The notes below the pieces were generated by a model. It made no database searches. It saw only the letters and a list, made by a program, of their open reading frames with translations, and was not told the DNA's origin. From a virus (Duplodnaviria > Caudoviricetes): a stretch of 64,000 nt of DNA. Made by a program: the position numbers and the translations under genes. This document shows, piece by piece, positions 40,153-50,690 of the stretch. The DNA lies in IMG/VR virus record IMGVR_UViG_3300013947_000019, positions 64,001 to 128,000 of that record. The stretch is one strand, 5' to 3'. The first letter of the stretch is position 1; each line of letters opens with the position of its first letter.

Positions 40153-41172
40153 ATGATTAAATCCCCTTCTGAATTTCTGATCGAACAGGTATCCTCACCA
40201 GAGGATTTAAATACGTTGCAGATTATTGATTCTTGCTATACTGCCCTCTCTGAGGGTGTGAATGATAGTTTTGTGATCAATACAACTAAATCTTCTACAT
40301 ATAAGTTCTTAGATGAACTTCTTGATCGAGTCTATAAATTTCTTACTGATCTGTATGTACAAGTATTGAATTACATGAATAATTATTTTATGAATAGTGC
40401 ACGGTTATTAGATAAGTATCGAAATATTATCATGGCTCGATATGTAAAAGATAAGACAAATCTTATCTATAAAACTCATACTTATCCAGGATTATATGAT
40501 AAGAATTATCCTAATATAGTAAGCCCTTCTGACATTCAAGATTCACTTGAAGCGTTTCAGAATAAGATTACAGATGAGTTTGTGACATCTGATACTGTAG
40601 CAGAACAAACTGCTATCTATGTATCTAATTTTGCAGTAGATACTATTGGTGCTCGTATCGATCCTTATGATTTAAAACCTCAAGTAGAAAAGATTGTTCG
40701 TAAAAAGTGTCAGGGTATGGAAGTTGTTAAGAGTCTTAATGCTTCTGACTTAGATACAATGATCAATGAGATTGTTAAATATAAACCAATGAAAGATGCA
40801 ATTCTTGCTACCAAGAAATCTATGGAAGCTGAATATAAAGCATTGAAATCTGCTATGTTGGTACAGATGAGACAGAAGACTGCAGAAAAAGTTGGTATTA
40901 ATAATATTTCAAATCCAGATGCTGCAGATTTGAAGAATGCTGAATATAATCGATTTGCTGCAATTAATATGTCTTTAACGCAGATGTATAACTCTTTCAT
41001 TATGATTTATAATGTAGCTTATACAACTAAGTTAAAAGTCTTAGCTGAAAAGATTGATGAGAATAGACAAGTAATCAATGATCTCTTAGTCAAGACTTCT
41101 GTATTCGCTGCAGCTAATCCTTCTAAACCAAGAGCATATAGAGCTCCACAGAAGTTTGAAGCAAAAATTTAA
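40153..41172 (+). CDS. internal head protein-like, paralog 4
   Basis: True start likely ATG 40153 after terminator, promoter and RBS; LSE|G site; helical. Confidence 0.55.
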   Translation: MIKSPSEFLIEQVSSPEDLNTLQIIDSCYTALSEGVNDSFVINTTKSSTYKFLDELLDRVYKFLTDLYVQVLNYMNNYFMNSARLLDKYRNIIMARYVKDKTNLIYKTHTYPGLYDKNYPNIVSPSDIQDSLEAFQNKITDEFVTSDTVAEQTAIYVSNFAVDTIGARIDPYDLKPQVEKIVRKKCQGMEVVKSLNASDLDTMINEIVKYKPMKDAILATKKSMEAEYKALKSAMLVQMRQKTAEKVGINNISNPDAADLKNAEYNRFAAINMSLTQMYNSFIMIYNVAYTTKLKVLAEKIDENRQVINDLLVKTSVFAAANPSKPRAYRAPQKFEAKI

Positions 41173-41184
41173 TAAAAAGAAAAT

Positions 41185-41208
41185 ACCCCAGGGGATATCC
41201 CCTGGGGT
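41185..41208. terminator. bidirectional terminator
   Basis: ACCCCAGGGG-ATAT-CCCCTGGGGT. Confidence 0.8.
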
Positions 41209-41213
41209 TTCTT

Positions 41214-42440
41214 TTATCCAATTTGTTGTAATTGGAAAGATGTACTATGTATATAAGAAGTATCTTGGCCAGTACCCTGTCGATATATTTCAGTAGTCCA
41301 TCTCATTAATCGATATGTATCACCACTATCCAAACCAAGATCAGTAAACATGGATCCGCACTGGAATGTGATAGTTTTAAAAGGTTTAATAAAACTTAAA
41401 GCTGTATTATTAACGCTCACTGTTACGCATCGATTGTATATTGACTCATTTATATATTGTGCACTAGTCTGCTCATTTTCATTATATACATAAATTGAAC
41501 TTGTAGACTTTGTATCAAATGTTTCTTTAGTAACAGAACCATCTTTATTTACAGTAGTTACTGTACCAAATTTTTGTGTACTACTTTCAGGACGTAAATC
41601 ACTAATAGTAGGTTGTTGATCAAAATTGATATAGTGTGTTTTAGTATTAGGGTCACTACAGCTACCATTCAGATCTCTGTCAGGTATATTTAAGTTTTGA
41701 TAAATAAATGTGATATTACCAAAATCTTTCGCTCGTTGTAATGTAACATTTGGGTTATATCTATCAATTAAATATACTTTATCGAAATCATAGAATAGCA
41801 ATGGATCACTACTATATAAGCCGTATCGTTTATTCAATTCTTTTATATTATCAGATAATGTACCAAAACTTAATACACAACTAGTCATAATATAATCTTG
41901 AACAGGAGGAGTAGCGATAATATTTTGACTTGGGAAGTTTCTCATCTGGAATAATGCATGAAGAACTGCAGCTTTAGATACGTTACTGTAGATAGCTGTA
42001 TTCTTTTGAGTAAATTTCTTAATTACTTCCATATCAACCAGATACAGTTCAACTTCCTGTAAACTTTTCATCGGGTCAGTATTACTTTGAGTAATAGTGT
42101 CTTGACTCGTAATGAAGTTTGCCATATCTTTTGCTGGTATTGCTCTGAATGAATGCTGGAACCATAAACTAGTACCAACAACTCGATCTTTTAAATCATA
42201 TTGATATTCGTACATATCAAATTTGATCATAGCTGTTTCTTGGTATTCATAAAACTTCTGTATCATTTTCGATGGCATTTCCATCTTAATGTTGATCATA
42301 GGATGGAATCGACTCATATAATCAGTTTCCATCTGCATGTAAGTGATACATCCATTTCTAAAATGATAATTAGCATCTAATGTCATAACAACATTCCTGA
42401 TACTATATCGATATTTATATAATTGAATCATTCTGTTCAC
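41214..42440 (-). CDS. putative tail/baseplate hub protein
   Basis: 408 aa beta-rich; function assignment tentative. Confidence 0.4.
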   Translation of the reverse strand: MNRMIQLYKYRYSIRNVVMTLDANYHFRNGCITYMQMETDYMSRFHPMINIKMEMPSKMIQKFYEYQETAMIKFDMYEYQYDLKDRVVGTSLWFQHSFRAIPAKDMANFITSQDTITQSNTDPMKSLQEVELYLVDMEVIKKFTQKNTAIYSNVSKAAVLHALFQMRNFPSQNIIATPPVQDYIMTSCVLSFGTLSDNIKELNKRYGLYSSDPLLFYDFDKVYLIDRYNPNVTLQRAKDFGNITFIYQNLNIPDRDLNGSCSDPNTKTHYINFDQQPTISDLRPESSTQKFGTVTTVNKDGSVTKETFDTKSTSSIYVYNENEQTSAQYINESIYNRCVTVSVNNTALSFIKPFKTITFQCGSMFTDLGLDSGDTYRLMRWTTEIYRQGTGQDTSYIHSTSFQLQQIG

Positions 42441-42448
42441 TCCTTTAC

Positions 42449-43654
42449 TCAGAATGAATAGTTGAAGAAACCGCCAAAACCATCAGTATAGTCATTACTC
42501 ATAGATCCCCACGGAGTATCCCAATTATTATATGGTTCTGACATATTTAGATTTGTGATATCCAGTAGTTGTTCACTTGCATTAATATCTGATAATTTAT
42601 CGTTGATTTCTTCTAACCCAGTTTGATCATATAAATCAATATGACTCTTCCATAGATTAATTTTCTGTGCATCAGTCATAGCCGCCTCACAGAGATCTAA
42701 ATTTAAAATACGATAACGATTAATCATATTTTCGGGGAGCATCTTTAATTCAGCACTACTACCTTTCTTGATATACTTACCAAACTCTTTTAAGAAAGAC
42801 TGAATACTTACTTGCCCAGAAAAGAACCCACTATCAGCCATCGGGTTGATAAGTTTAACTGCATCTACTATTCCATTGGCAAATTTTGACGCTTTTAAAT
42901 CAATATCCGAGCATCCACCCACACACCATATAAATGGAAGATTCTGCGCATGTAAATTTTCACTAGCCCCCGTTTTACGGCCTTTCAGAATACCATTTTT
43001 GAAAACTGTACCATTTGAGATTAAATATGAATCATCTCTTTTATTATATAACACAGAGCAATTCGGATCTATTAATTGTGTAGTCAGTAAGTTTCTACTA
43101 AAAATCAAATGATAACAATCCCGATATTTATTACTTTTCATGACATGGGTCATTGCAGTATAATCATCTACTCCATCACTTGAGATTAAATAGATCCCAT
43201 CAAAGTATGGTACTAATCCGGCAATAAAATTCATTGCATCCATAATTAAATGATTTATTCCATCAAATGCTGGATTTTTACCTTTTAGTAAATTATACCA
43301 ACTTTTGCGATAATCTTCAAATATCATAGTTTGGTATGCTGGTTGTGAATGATTAAAATAAATCATAATACTATTACCCATACCAAGACGAGTAATAAAA
43401 TACCTCCGATAATGTCCAATTGTGTTCATAAAAGAGATTACCAAATCTTTTACAGCTACATCATATGGGACATTTTGGATTACATCAAGATCTTTTTCTC
43501 GATACAATCTATATAATATAGAACTGGCATCCACGTGAAATACCAGATGATTTTCTCTTGGGATATAAACAGAATGGAATATCTCATCTAGGACAGTATA
43601 TTTAATACGAGATCTTCCAATTAAATAATGAATCATTGAGAATACAGTATCCAT
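42449..43654 (-). CDS. 5'-3' exonuclease / T4 RNase H-like (PIN/FEN fold) protein
   Basis: VFHVDASSILYR, EDYRKSW, GVDDY, GGCSD resemble FEN-family motifs, several degenerate. Confidence 0.45.
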   Translation of the reverse strand: MDTVFSMIHYLIGRSRIKYTVLDEIFHSVYIPRENHLVFHVDASSILYRLYREKDLDVIQNVPYDVAVKDLVISFMNTIGHYRRYFITRLGMGNSIMIYFNHSQPAYQTMIFEDYRKSWYNLLKGKNPAFDGINHLIMDAMNFIAGLVPYFDGIYLISSDGVDDYTAMTHVMKSNKYRDCYHLIFSRNLLTTQLIDPNCSVLYNKRDDSYLISNGTVFKNGILKGRKTGASENLHAQNLPFIWCVGGCSDIDLKASKFANGIVDAVKLINPMADSGFFSGQVSIQSFLKEFGKYIKKGSSAELKMLPENMINRYRILNLDLCEAAMTDAQKINLWKSHIDLYDQTGLEEINDKLSDINASEQLLDITNLNMSEPYNNWDTPWGSMSNDYTDGFGGFFNYSF

Positions 43655-43753
43655 ATAATAAGATATTCCTCCTTTCTAAACAGTGTCTATATAGTGTTGT
43701 CGACAAAAATGGAGAAAAAGAAAAGCCCAGGGAAACCCCTGGGCGATTCCTAT

Positions 43754-44032
43754 TTAGCCAAGATCTTCCAAGCGCTCCAACAGAAGCTTCGTGTGAATGA
43801 TCTTAGCAACCTGGAAAGTATTATACTCTCCAGAAAACTGCTTCTTGATAGACTCCTTATAGGTATTCATCCAAGCAGCCAGCTTATCGTACGTATCGAA
43901 ATGTTGGCACTTGTTAATATCAGAAGTCATAACCAGCTCAGCATTATATTCATCGAATGCCAGATAGCTGGGAGTATTGGTAGTAATGCTGATTGCCTCA
44001 ATCACATAAAATTCCTGCATGTTGCTTACCAT
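43754..44032 (-). CDS. hypothetical protein
   Basis: 92 aa, GGGAGAG RBS. Confidence 0.65.
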   Translation of the reverse strand: MVSNMQEFYVIEAISITTNTPSYLAFDEYNAELVMTSDINKCQHFDTYDKLAAWMNTYKESIKKQFSGEYNTFQVAKIIHTKLLLERLEDLG

Positions 44033-44055
44033 ATTTATTCTCTCCCTTCAGATAT

Positions 44056-44328
44056 TTACTGGATTAATTGTTTTACTGTTTCAGTTGTTCTGACTTTAAT
44101 GATAGCAAAATCAGTATAGCTTTCCTGATTAGCTAGAAAAGATTTAACTGATTCCCAATTACGTTGTGCAGATTCAAGATCTACATAACAATATCCTTGA
44201 GATCTATAAGGAACCCATTTAGGTTCATCAATATCTCCACCAACATAGTACTTACAATGATCCAGTGTGTTAGTTGCAATGATCATCCAGTATATATTAT
44301 CGAATATAACATCACTTTCTCTGATCAT
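44056..44328 (-). CDS. hypothetical protein
   Basis: 90 aa, AAGGAG RBS. Confidence 0.65.
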   Translation of the reverse strand: MIRESDVIFDNIYWMIIATNTLDHCKYYVGGDIDEPKWVPYRSQGYCYVDLESAQRNWESVKSFLANQESYTDFAIIKVRTTETVKQLIQ

Positions 44329-44654
44329 ATGAAACTCCTTGTCTTAAATGGGTCCAGAACTCCAGATTCCATCCCTGCTTCATCCACTACTACAAGACTG
44401 TAATTAATACAAGCCTTGTTGCTGGGTTGCTTAACAGGAATAGCCAGAATCCAGTATCCATCCTTAACTATTATATCTGTGTCCTGTCCAGAATGGATCT
44501 TAATCTTATTATTGATATACATAACAGTAGCATCAGGATATACCTTATGTACAATACCTTTTGTGAAATCCACAATACCAAGAGTAGGGCTAACCTGCAC
44601 ACCTCTGGTTGCTCGAGGGAGCTTATACTTTCTGATGATATCATTAATACTCAT
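44325..44654 (-). CDS. hypothetical protein
   Basis: 109 aa, GGAGAGG RBS. Confidence 0.65.
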   Translation of the reverse strand: MSINDIIRKYKLPRATRGVQVSPTLGIVDFTKGIVHKVYPDATVMYINNKIKIHSGQDTDIIVKDGYWILAIPVKQPSNKACINYSLVVVDEAGMESGVLDPFKTRSFI

Positions 44655-44721
44655 CTTTATACCTCTCCTTCTTTAGGTTTAATTAAAGAAAGGGAGAGGT
44701 ATAAGTCCTCTCCCAATCTTT

Positions 44722-45195
44722 TTACTTCTTGTCTTTCTTGTTCTTCTTTTTCTCCAGTTCATCAACAGGTGCACAGTTTTGATCAATCCAATCAAGATAT
44801 TTTGATACACTGTCCTTAGGAAGATTGAAGATCTTACGGATCCTATCAACCGTATCCTCAAAACCAGTAAAATCTTTCTCATTGAATAGATCACTACGAT
44901 CCTTGATTATTTTCTGGTAAGCTTTGATAAATCTATCGATTGTCTTCTCCTTATAGTTTGCACCATCGATGCCAAGGATGGTTTCAGGAGAAGTCTCTGC
45001 TTCAGGATTAGAAAGATATTGTGCATATATCTTATCAATTTCCCAAGCAGCAGATACTAATGCCGAATACTCACGCTTAAAGCTCATATTCGAATTAAAC
45101 TTACCATTGGCTCTATCAATGAAAGTATAGGTTGGGCACATTGTCATGAACATAGGATGGAACGCTGGATCATTAACCGCCATAAAACTAAGTTG
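44722..45195 (-). CDS. rpoC: RNA polymerase beta' subunit N-part, exon 2
   Basis: Splicing gives ADFDGD-QLSFMAV, equivalent to NADFDGDQMAVHV. Confidence 0.85.
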   Translation of the reverse strand, partial: QLSFMAVNDPAFHPMFMTMCPTYTFIDRANGKFNSNMSFKREYSALVSAAWEIDKIYAQYLSNPEAETSPETILGIDGANYKEKTIDRFIKAYQKIIKDRSDLFNEKDFTGFEDTVDRIRKIFNLPKDSVSKYLDWIDQNCAPVDELEKKKNKKDKK

Positions 45196-45623
45196 CAAAA
45201 TCTTAACCTCTATACCATAACATAGAGTAACTCATCAGAGTTCTCTGGGAATTTACCCAGATGTTGAGACTATATCTCCACCCACTTATTTCAGTTGGGG
45301 TGCTGGCCGCTTCGAAACTCATGGATTTCGAGTTTCTACTCTACTCACTTCGTGTATATTTCTATACCTTATTTTCAACCCTGCTAATTTATATTAGCTC
45401 TTATGGATTTATAGCTTTCGATAGTCGTTGAACCTTCCTTAAGAAAATTAAGGCTTGGCTGCTAAGATTATACATTGTTAATGAATACTTAGGATTTAAC
45501 CATATATTCATCCTATCACTTGTTTCTACTTTCGTAACCATATAGGCTGATAGGCATTAGCATTTCCCAGCAATTCAACCAGTTTATACACGCACATTCC
45601 TGTACGCTGAGACCATATTGTTA
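45196..45623 (-). mobile_element. ORF-less group I intron directly after the catalytic DFDGD motif
   Basis: P1 GAGAT/GTCTC with U.G; R element GGTTCAACGACTAT (~45421-45434); S element AGATATAGTCTC (~45266-45277); terminal G 45196; 428 nt. Confidence 0.9.
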
Positions 45624-46889
45624 ATCTCCATCAAAGTCTGCAGCCAATAAAGGTAGAATATCAGGTGGCAGATGCATCGTCATATCATATCCATCATCAT
45701 GAATCTTTCTGACTCGTACGTACAAGATAGAAGATTCACTAATAGTAGGATTTCGATTGATCAGTGCCCAGACACCATGTCCATCCTTTAAAATTTGATT
45801 AATGATCTTGGCAAATTTCTCATTTCGTTGAACAGCATTCTCTTGCACAAGAGAGATTGCTTTAGAAATGGGAATATTATCTAACATCGATAACCGCTTT
45901 GCGATCTTTTCCTCATACAGAACCATCATGGTTTGATAAGGAATATCAACTTCATGAGGCATCAGATCTGTGCCAAGAGAGATAACCATTCGAGAGGTAT
46001 AATCGATTCGACCAGATGCCAAACTTTTGCGATATACGCCACCCTTACCATTCACCTGTTCTTCAACAAAGGCAGTAATATCATTCCAGTCTTTCTGGAT
46101 CTGGTTCAAAGTACGCTGTACCTCAGTGATACGTTTCTTGGCAAAGATTGGTCCAGTAATCAACGCATTGCGATTATTAACGATAGACAGATACTTTTTA
46201 TTCACATCCAGAATTGTCATATTCATACCAAACGTCATCAGCGGACGAAGTCTGGCAGAATAGACAGGAATCTTAGACATGAATGCATACTTCTTTGGTA
46301 ATCCAGTCAGAGGTTCATATTTCTCCTCATATTCCTCATATACTGTTTCGATAGTAGGCTTACCATCATCGATAATTTTACCAGAAGTATTGATACGTTT
46401 CACAGAGTTGACAAGATCATTCATCACATCCTTCTTCAGGACACGATACAATGCATTCCATCCGTGATACGTAAGAATATGATAAGGAGCAATGTCAATA
46501 TAACCAGTAGTCCGAAGATCTCCATCGGTCACAGCGACAACCTTCTTACCGCACACTGGGCAGATCTCACCAAGATGAGCACCACCCACAAGAGATTGAC
46601 ACTCACAAGAATAATACGGACGATCCTGTGTAGTATCAGAACCAAATCGAGAGGAAAAGATACCATCGATCGGTTTCTGTGTACCATTTACAAAAATCTC
46701 CGGATTAGAGATATCAATCTGCTGTCCACGTTTTCTCTGTTTCTCGTACTCAGCATCATGATCCACCATAACAAGTCGTACTGCATTGATTCTCTTCTTT
46801 GTTTTATATTCAAACAAAGGAGAAGGCTTGAATGTAGTAAACTTATCACGGTTCACGATATTGAGTCTTCCAGGAGTAGACTTAGCCAT
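45624..46889 (-). CDS. rpoC: non-virion RNA polymerase beta' subunit N-part (phiKZ gp55-56.1 / AR9 gp270-like), exon 1
   Basis: Zn finger CEC..CPVC, GRIDYTSRMVI, INRNPT, ADFDGD; spliced length 579 aa. Confidence 0.9.
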
Positions 46890-46901
46890 ATCCTATCCTC
46901 C

Positions 46902-47444
46902 TTAGTGTTCAATAACTGTAATAGGAAATACTCCAGGTACATCCATGTTCAGTTCCTTTGCAGATTTTACCTTCATGAACTCCAGGTATCTCTTCTGTGC
47001 TTCAGGAGTCAGGTCTTCGTAGTAAATTTCAAAGATCTCAGAATCTTCTTTAGGAATTTCAATATCAGAGATCTTCATAAGAACAATTTCAGTCTCATAG
47101 GGAGGATGCTCTCCAACTCGGACTTCCTGGAACTCATACTCTTCTCCATCACCAAAGTTAATGGAGTCATGAATATCGATACAATGCCCTGCAACCGTTG
47201 CAAGCTTGTTGGTGATCTCACGACCAAGAGGATTCGTTCTAACAAGAACATGTCCCCAGTAATTTACCACGGGTTCCATTCTCTCCAAATCATACGGGTT
47301 ACCATAACCATCCTCACGGATATAGAATACAGTATATCCGATAGGGGCAGTTCGGATACGATCTCCCGCGCAGATCAGACATTCCATACCAAGGATAGAC
47401 CCCTTGGTATATTTGCACTTCTTAAAATCTACATGCTCGCTCAT
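46902..47444 (-). CDS. hypothetical protein
   Basis: AAGGAGG RBS before ATG 47444. Confidence 0.7.
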   Translation of the reverse strand: MSEHVDFKKCKYTKGSILGMECLICAGDRIRTAPIGYTVFYIREDGYGNPYDLERMEPVVNYWGHVLVRTNPLGREITNKLATVAGHCIDIHDSINFGDGEEYEFQEVRVGEHPPYETEIVLMKISDIEIPKEDSEIFEIYYEDLTPEAQKRYLEFMKVKSAKELNMDVPGVFPITVIEH

Positions 47445-47460
47445 TTGTAATATCCTCCTT

Positions 47461-47763
47461 TCAAATCTCCACCTCACTGATTTTTGCAAACCAGTGATTA
47501 TACAGGTCAGGATCTTTTCGATTCTCGACAATACAGAATGCAGTATTATGATCGAAATACGTAGATCCCATACCCGTTAAAACAGACGTACTGGAAATTG
47601 CGCCAGTTTTATGCGCAGATTTAATTTTTTCTCTATTTTCAGGACCGAGTTTTGATGCAAGTTTTTGCACCATGTATTCTTTTGCTGCAATGTGATTGTC
47701 GAAAACAATCGGATCAAAGATCCTATCTCTAATAGCCTCCATGTAAATATATTTCTTACCCAT
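47461..47763 (-). CDS. hypothetical protein
   Basis: 100 aa, AAGGAGG RBS, directly after early promoter. Confidence 0.7.
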   Translation of the reverse strand: MGKKYIYMEAIRDRIFDPIVFDNHIAAKEYMVQKLASKLGPENREKIKSAHKTGAISSTSVLTGMGSTYFDHNTAFCIVENRKDPDLYNHWFAKISEVEI

Positions 47764-47785
47764 ATAAATAACCTCCTTTAATATA

Positions 47786-47810
47786 CTACATGTATAGTAT
47801 ATATCTGAAA
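47786..47810 (-). promoter_or_regulatory. putative early promoter
   Basis: TTTCAGATATATACTATACATGTAG. Confidence 0.65.
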
Positions 47811-47815
47811 TTGAG

Positions 47816-47840
47816 TTCCCCGGCAGTGGTAGCCGGGGAA
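47816..47840 (-). terminator. terminator hairpin
   Basis: TTCCCCGGC..GCCGGGGAA after sbcC. Confidence 0.65.
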
Positions 47841-47853
47841 TCTCTTTTTCATT

Positions 47854-50625
47854 TTAGGATACTTCCAGAATATCATTTGTTTTGGTATTAAGTCCAGTAT
47901 GCTTATATCCAGGAAATCCGATAAAGCTTACGTTCTCTAAGCTTTCATAAAATTCTACACTATGTGTAATAATAAAAGCTTGACTAATACCAATCAGCGA
48001 CATCTGTTTAGAAAGGATATCTACAAATAATGCTTTATTAGCTGGAGATAAAGTTTGATCACTTTCATCGAATGTTACAATAGAATATCGATCAATTAAC
48101 TTACTGATAATTGCTAGACTGATAGCAGTAGCAATAGTAGCTCTCTGAGAAGAAGAAGCAAAAGCTACATCACTACCAACTTCACCTGCATACTCAAATG
48201 GAATTGTGAACTCTTTATCCGTAATGATAAATTCATGAAGTCGGAGTTTACCATCAAACGTATTCAATAACAATTCATTTGCAGTCTGATAAATATCATA
48301 AAAATAGATATTCAGTAACTCTTTACGAATACCCTTACCAGGCTGTACCAAACTTCTCATGATATCTACAATCAAGAAGTCTTGATCGATTTGAGTCTTT
48401 TCTGCTTTCAGTTTTAACAACTCAGCAAGTTCAATTTCAATCTCTCTTTTCATTGGAGATAACTCATTGATCATGCTATCCAGTCGAATCAGATCAGCAT
48501 CCAGATCCTTGCACTTGGTCACCAAATCTCTAATAGAAGTAATCTCTTTCTCTTGAGCTGATGCTTTTGTTGTCAAATCTGTATTCTTTGTGATAATCTC
48601 TCGATACTTCTCAAGACCAGAGTTAATCTCATTCCAATATCCAAGTTTAGCTTTATATATACCAAGAATGCTACTAGTTGAAATTAAACTCATACTGATA
48701 CGATCTCGTTCTTCTACTAGCTGATTACGAGATTCCATAAGTCGTTCAATATGATTCTTCATCATCTCACGATTGGAACCATATACTTTTGCAATCTCGA
48801 GTGCTCGATCAATATCTGGTATCAATTGAGTAGTAATTCGAATATACAGATCTTTTTCGGACAGAATAGCTGCTAATTGCTTCAACTTTAAAACATCAAG
48901 AAGATTACCCCATGTACCATTCGCAATACTCTTATAAATATCATTTAAGGTAATCCCCAGATATTTCTTCAGACCATCTTCATGCTCATGGAGATATGTA
49001 ATTAAATTCTGTGCACTCTCCATAAGTTTCATACGATCTTTCCAACTATTTAAATCTTTCTCAGAAGTTTCAATCTCTAAACAGATCTTACTATACTCTT
49101 CTTTTAATTCAGCAATCTCTGCAGAGATATGACTCCATTTAAGAGCATTCGCAATAAATGGACAAGTATCAATTCGGCAATCAGTAGGCCTCTGTGTCAG
49201 TATATCTTGGAACTTCCGATATTGTTCTTTCTCGATAATCTGTCGATATAAAACATCTTTATTTCGTTCATCATCCTCAATCTTAATAGATAACCATTCT
49301 GCACTAGCAATATATTGATCTGATAATACTTTTTGATCTTGATTAATTTGTGCAAAATATTCGCTGACCAGATTGTTATACTCATCATATAAACTCTGGA
49401 TCATGAAGTTCATAGTAGAAACTGCTTTAATCAATGCTACACATGCATCATATGACATGGACTCATACTTCTCTTTATCTTTTGTATAGCGAAGTTCTTT
49501 GAGCTGCATCTCATAACTAATCTTAGTTTCTTCTAATTCCTTTGCATCCTGTGTTTGAATACTGAATAATACTGATTCAGATTCAGAGATTTCATTTTCT
49601 GCTTTAGCTATACTATTCTTCAGATTATCAAGTCTGGAACTAGCTGATTGAATATTAGATTCTGCAGTAGCTACTTTGCGCTCCAGTCTGGATATCATTC
49701 TAGGAGCAGGATCTGCACCAGTATATAAAATATCATTATCAGGATCAATCCCAAGACTCAGTTTATCGTATAGTCTATGAAGGTTTCGTTTTATCTGTGT
49801 GATTTGATTATCATTCTGTGCAATATCCATAACCATTTGGTTATAATTATCCACCAGAACTTTGATATCTTTACCATGAGATAATTCACGAACCCGGCCT
49901 TCGATTTTACTAAGTTTCTTCAAAGTTTCATCTCGATCAATCTGTGCATCAGTTAATGCTTTTGCTACACGCTTATAATCGCTATCTAAAGAATCTTCAT
50001 CTCTGATACTCATAATCTTCTGAGAAATATTACGCATCAAATTTCGAAGTTCTTTATACTTATCATTGATTGTATTATAAGCCAGTTCAAATCGACCTGT
50101 ATTTGGAATCAATGAAGCTACATTTGCTTTGCGTTCACCATCTGTCATACTGACAATACCAGCTACAGCATCACTATAGGAAGCAAAGTTTACATAGTCT
50201 TTTGTGATACCAAAATATGTCATCAGTAATGCATTATATGAGGTTACATTACCATTAGGGTTTAATTCAATCGCATCTTCATCTGGATGTTTCTGTAATG
50301 CAAGATAACATTTGGCCAGATGACTTCCATCTGGCCTTGGCATATAAACACACTTACTGATCAAAAATGATCCGTCATCCCCCTTATATGACCGGATGAG
50401 AGAACCTTCCTTTCCAGGAACAACGAATTTGGTCCTACCATCGGATGGTGTATGGAGGGGATGAATTAAAGACAAAAATGTGGATTTACCACTTGCATTA
50501 TCGCCACATACGACTAAGATACTTTTATCTTGCATATCGGATAGATCTATGGTTAAATTCTTTTTACCAAGACCTGACATAAATCCGATAATATTTGTTG
50601 CTTGAAAACGGATAAGCCTGTACAT
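47854..50625 (-). CDS. sbcC: SbcC/Rad50-like SMC ATPase
   Basis: Walker A GDNASGKS, long coiled coils, Zn hook CRIDTCPF, signature ASSSQR, Walker B VTFDE, IITH. Confidence 0.9.
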   Translation of the reverse strand: MYRLIRFQATNIIGFMSGLGKKNLTIDLSDMQDKSILVVCGDNASGKSTFLSLIHPLHTPSDGRTKFVVPGKEGSLIRSYKGDDGSFLISKCVYMPRPDGSHLAKCYLALQKHPDEDAIELNPNGNVTSYNALLMTYFGITKDYVNFASYSDAVAGIVSMTDGERKANVASLIPNTGRFELAYNTINDKYKELRNLMRNISQKIMSIRDEDSLDSDYKRVAKALTDAQIDRDETLKKLSKIEGRVRELSHGKDIKVLVDNYNQMVMDIAQNDNQITQIKRNLHRLYDKLSLGIDPDNDILYTGADPAPRMISRLERKVATAESNIQSASSRLDNLKNSIAKAENEISESESVLFSIQTQDAKELEETKISYEMQLKELRYTKDKEKYESMSYDACVALIKAVSTMNFMIQSLYDEYNNLVSEYFAQINQDQKVLSDQYIASAEWLSIKIEDDERNKDVLYRQIIEKEQYRKFQDILTQRPTDCRIDTCPFIANALKWSHISAEIAELKEEYSKICLEIETSEKDLNSWKDRMKLMESAQNLITYLHEHEDGLKKYLGITLNDIYKSIANGTWGNLLDVLKLKQLAAILSEKDLYIRITTQLIPDIDRALEIAKVYGSNREMMKNHIERLMESRNQLVEERDRISMSLISTSSILGIYKAKLGYWNEINSGLEKYREIITKNTDLTTKASAQEKEITSIRDLVTKCKDLDADLIRLDSMINELSPMKREIEIELAELLKLKAEKTQIDQDFLIVDIMRSLVQPGKGIRKELLNIYFYDIYQTANELLLNTFDGKLRLHEFIITDKEFTIPFEYAGEVGSDVAFASSSQRATIATAISLAIISKLIDRYSIVTFDESDQTLSPANKALFVDILSKQMSLIGISQAFIITHSVEFYESLENVSFIGFPGYKHTGLNTKTNDILEVS

Positions 50626-50690
50626 ATACTCACCTCATAGAGATGTCGTGTGATATGGTAAAAAAGAAAGGGCCCGAAGGCCCCATCTTT

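Noticed and set aside
45621-45623. beta' truncated at DFDGD
   Set aside because: The stop is the first intron triplet; splicing restores the frame.
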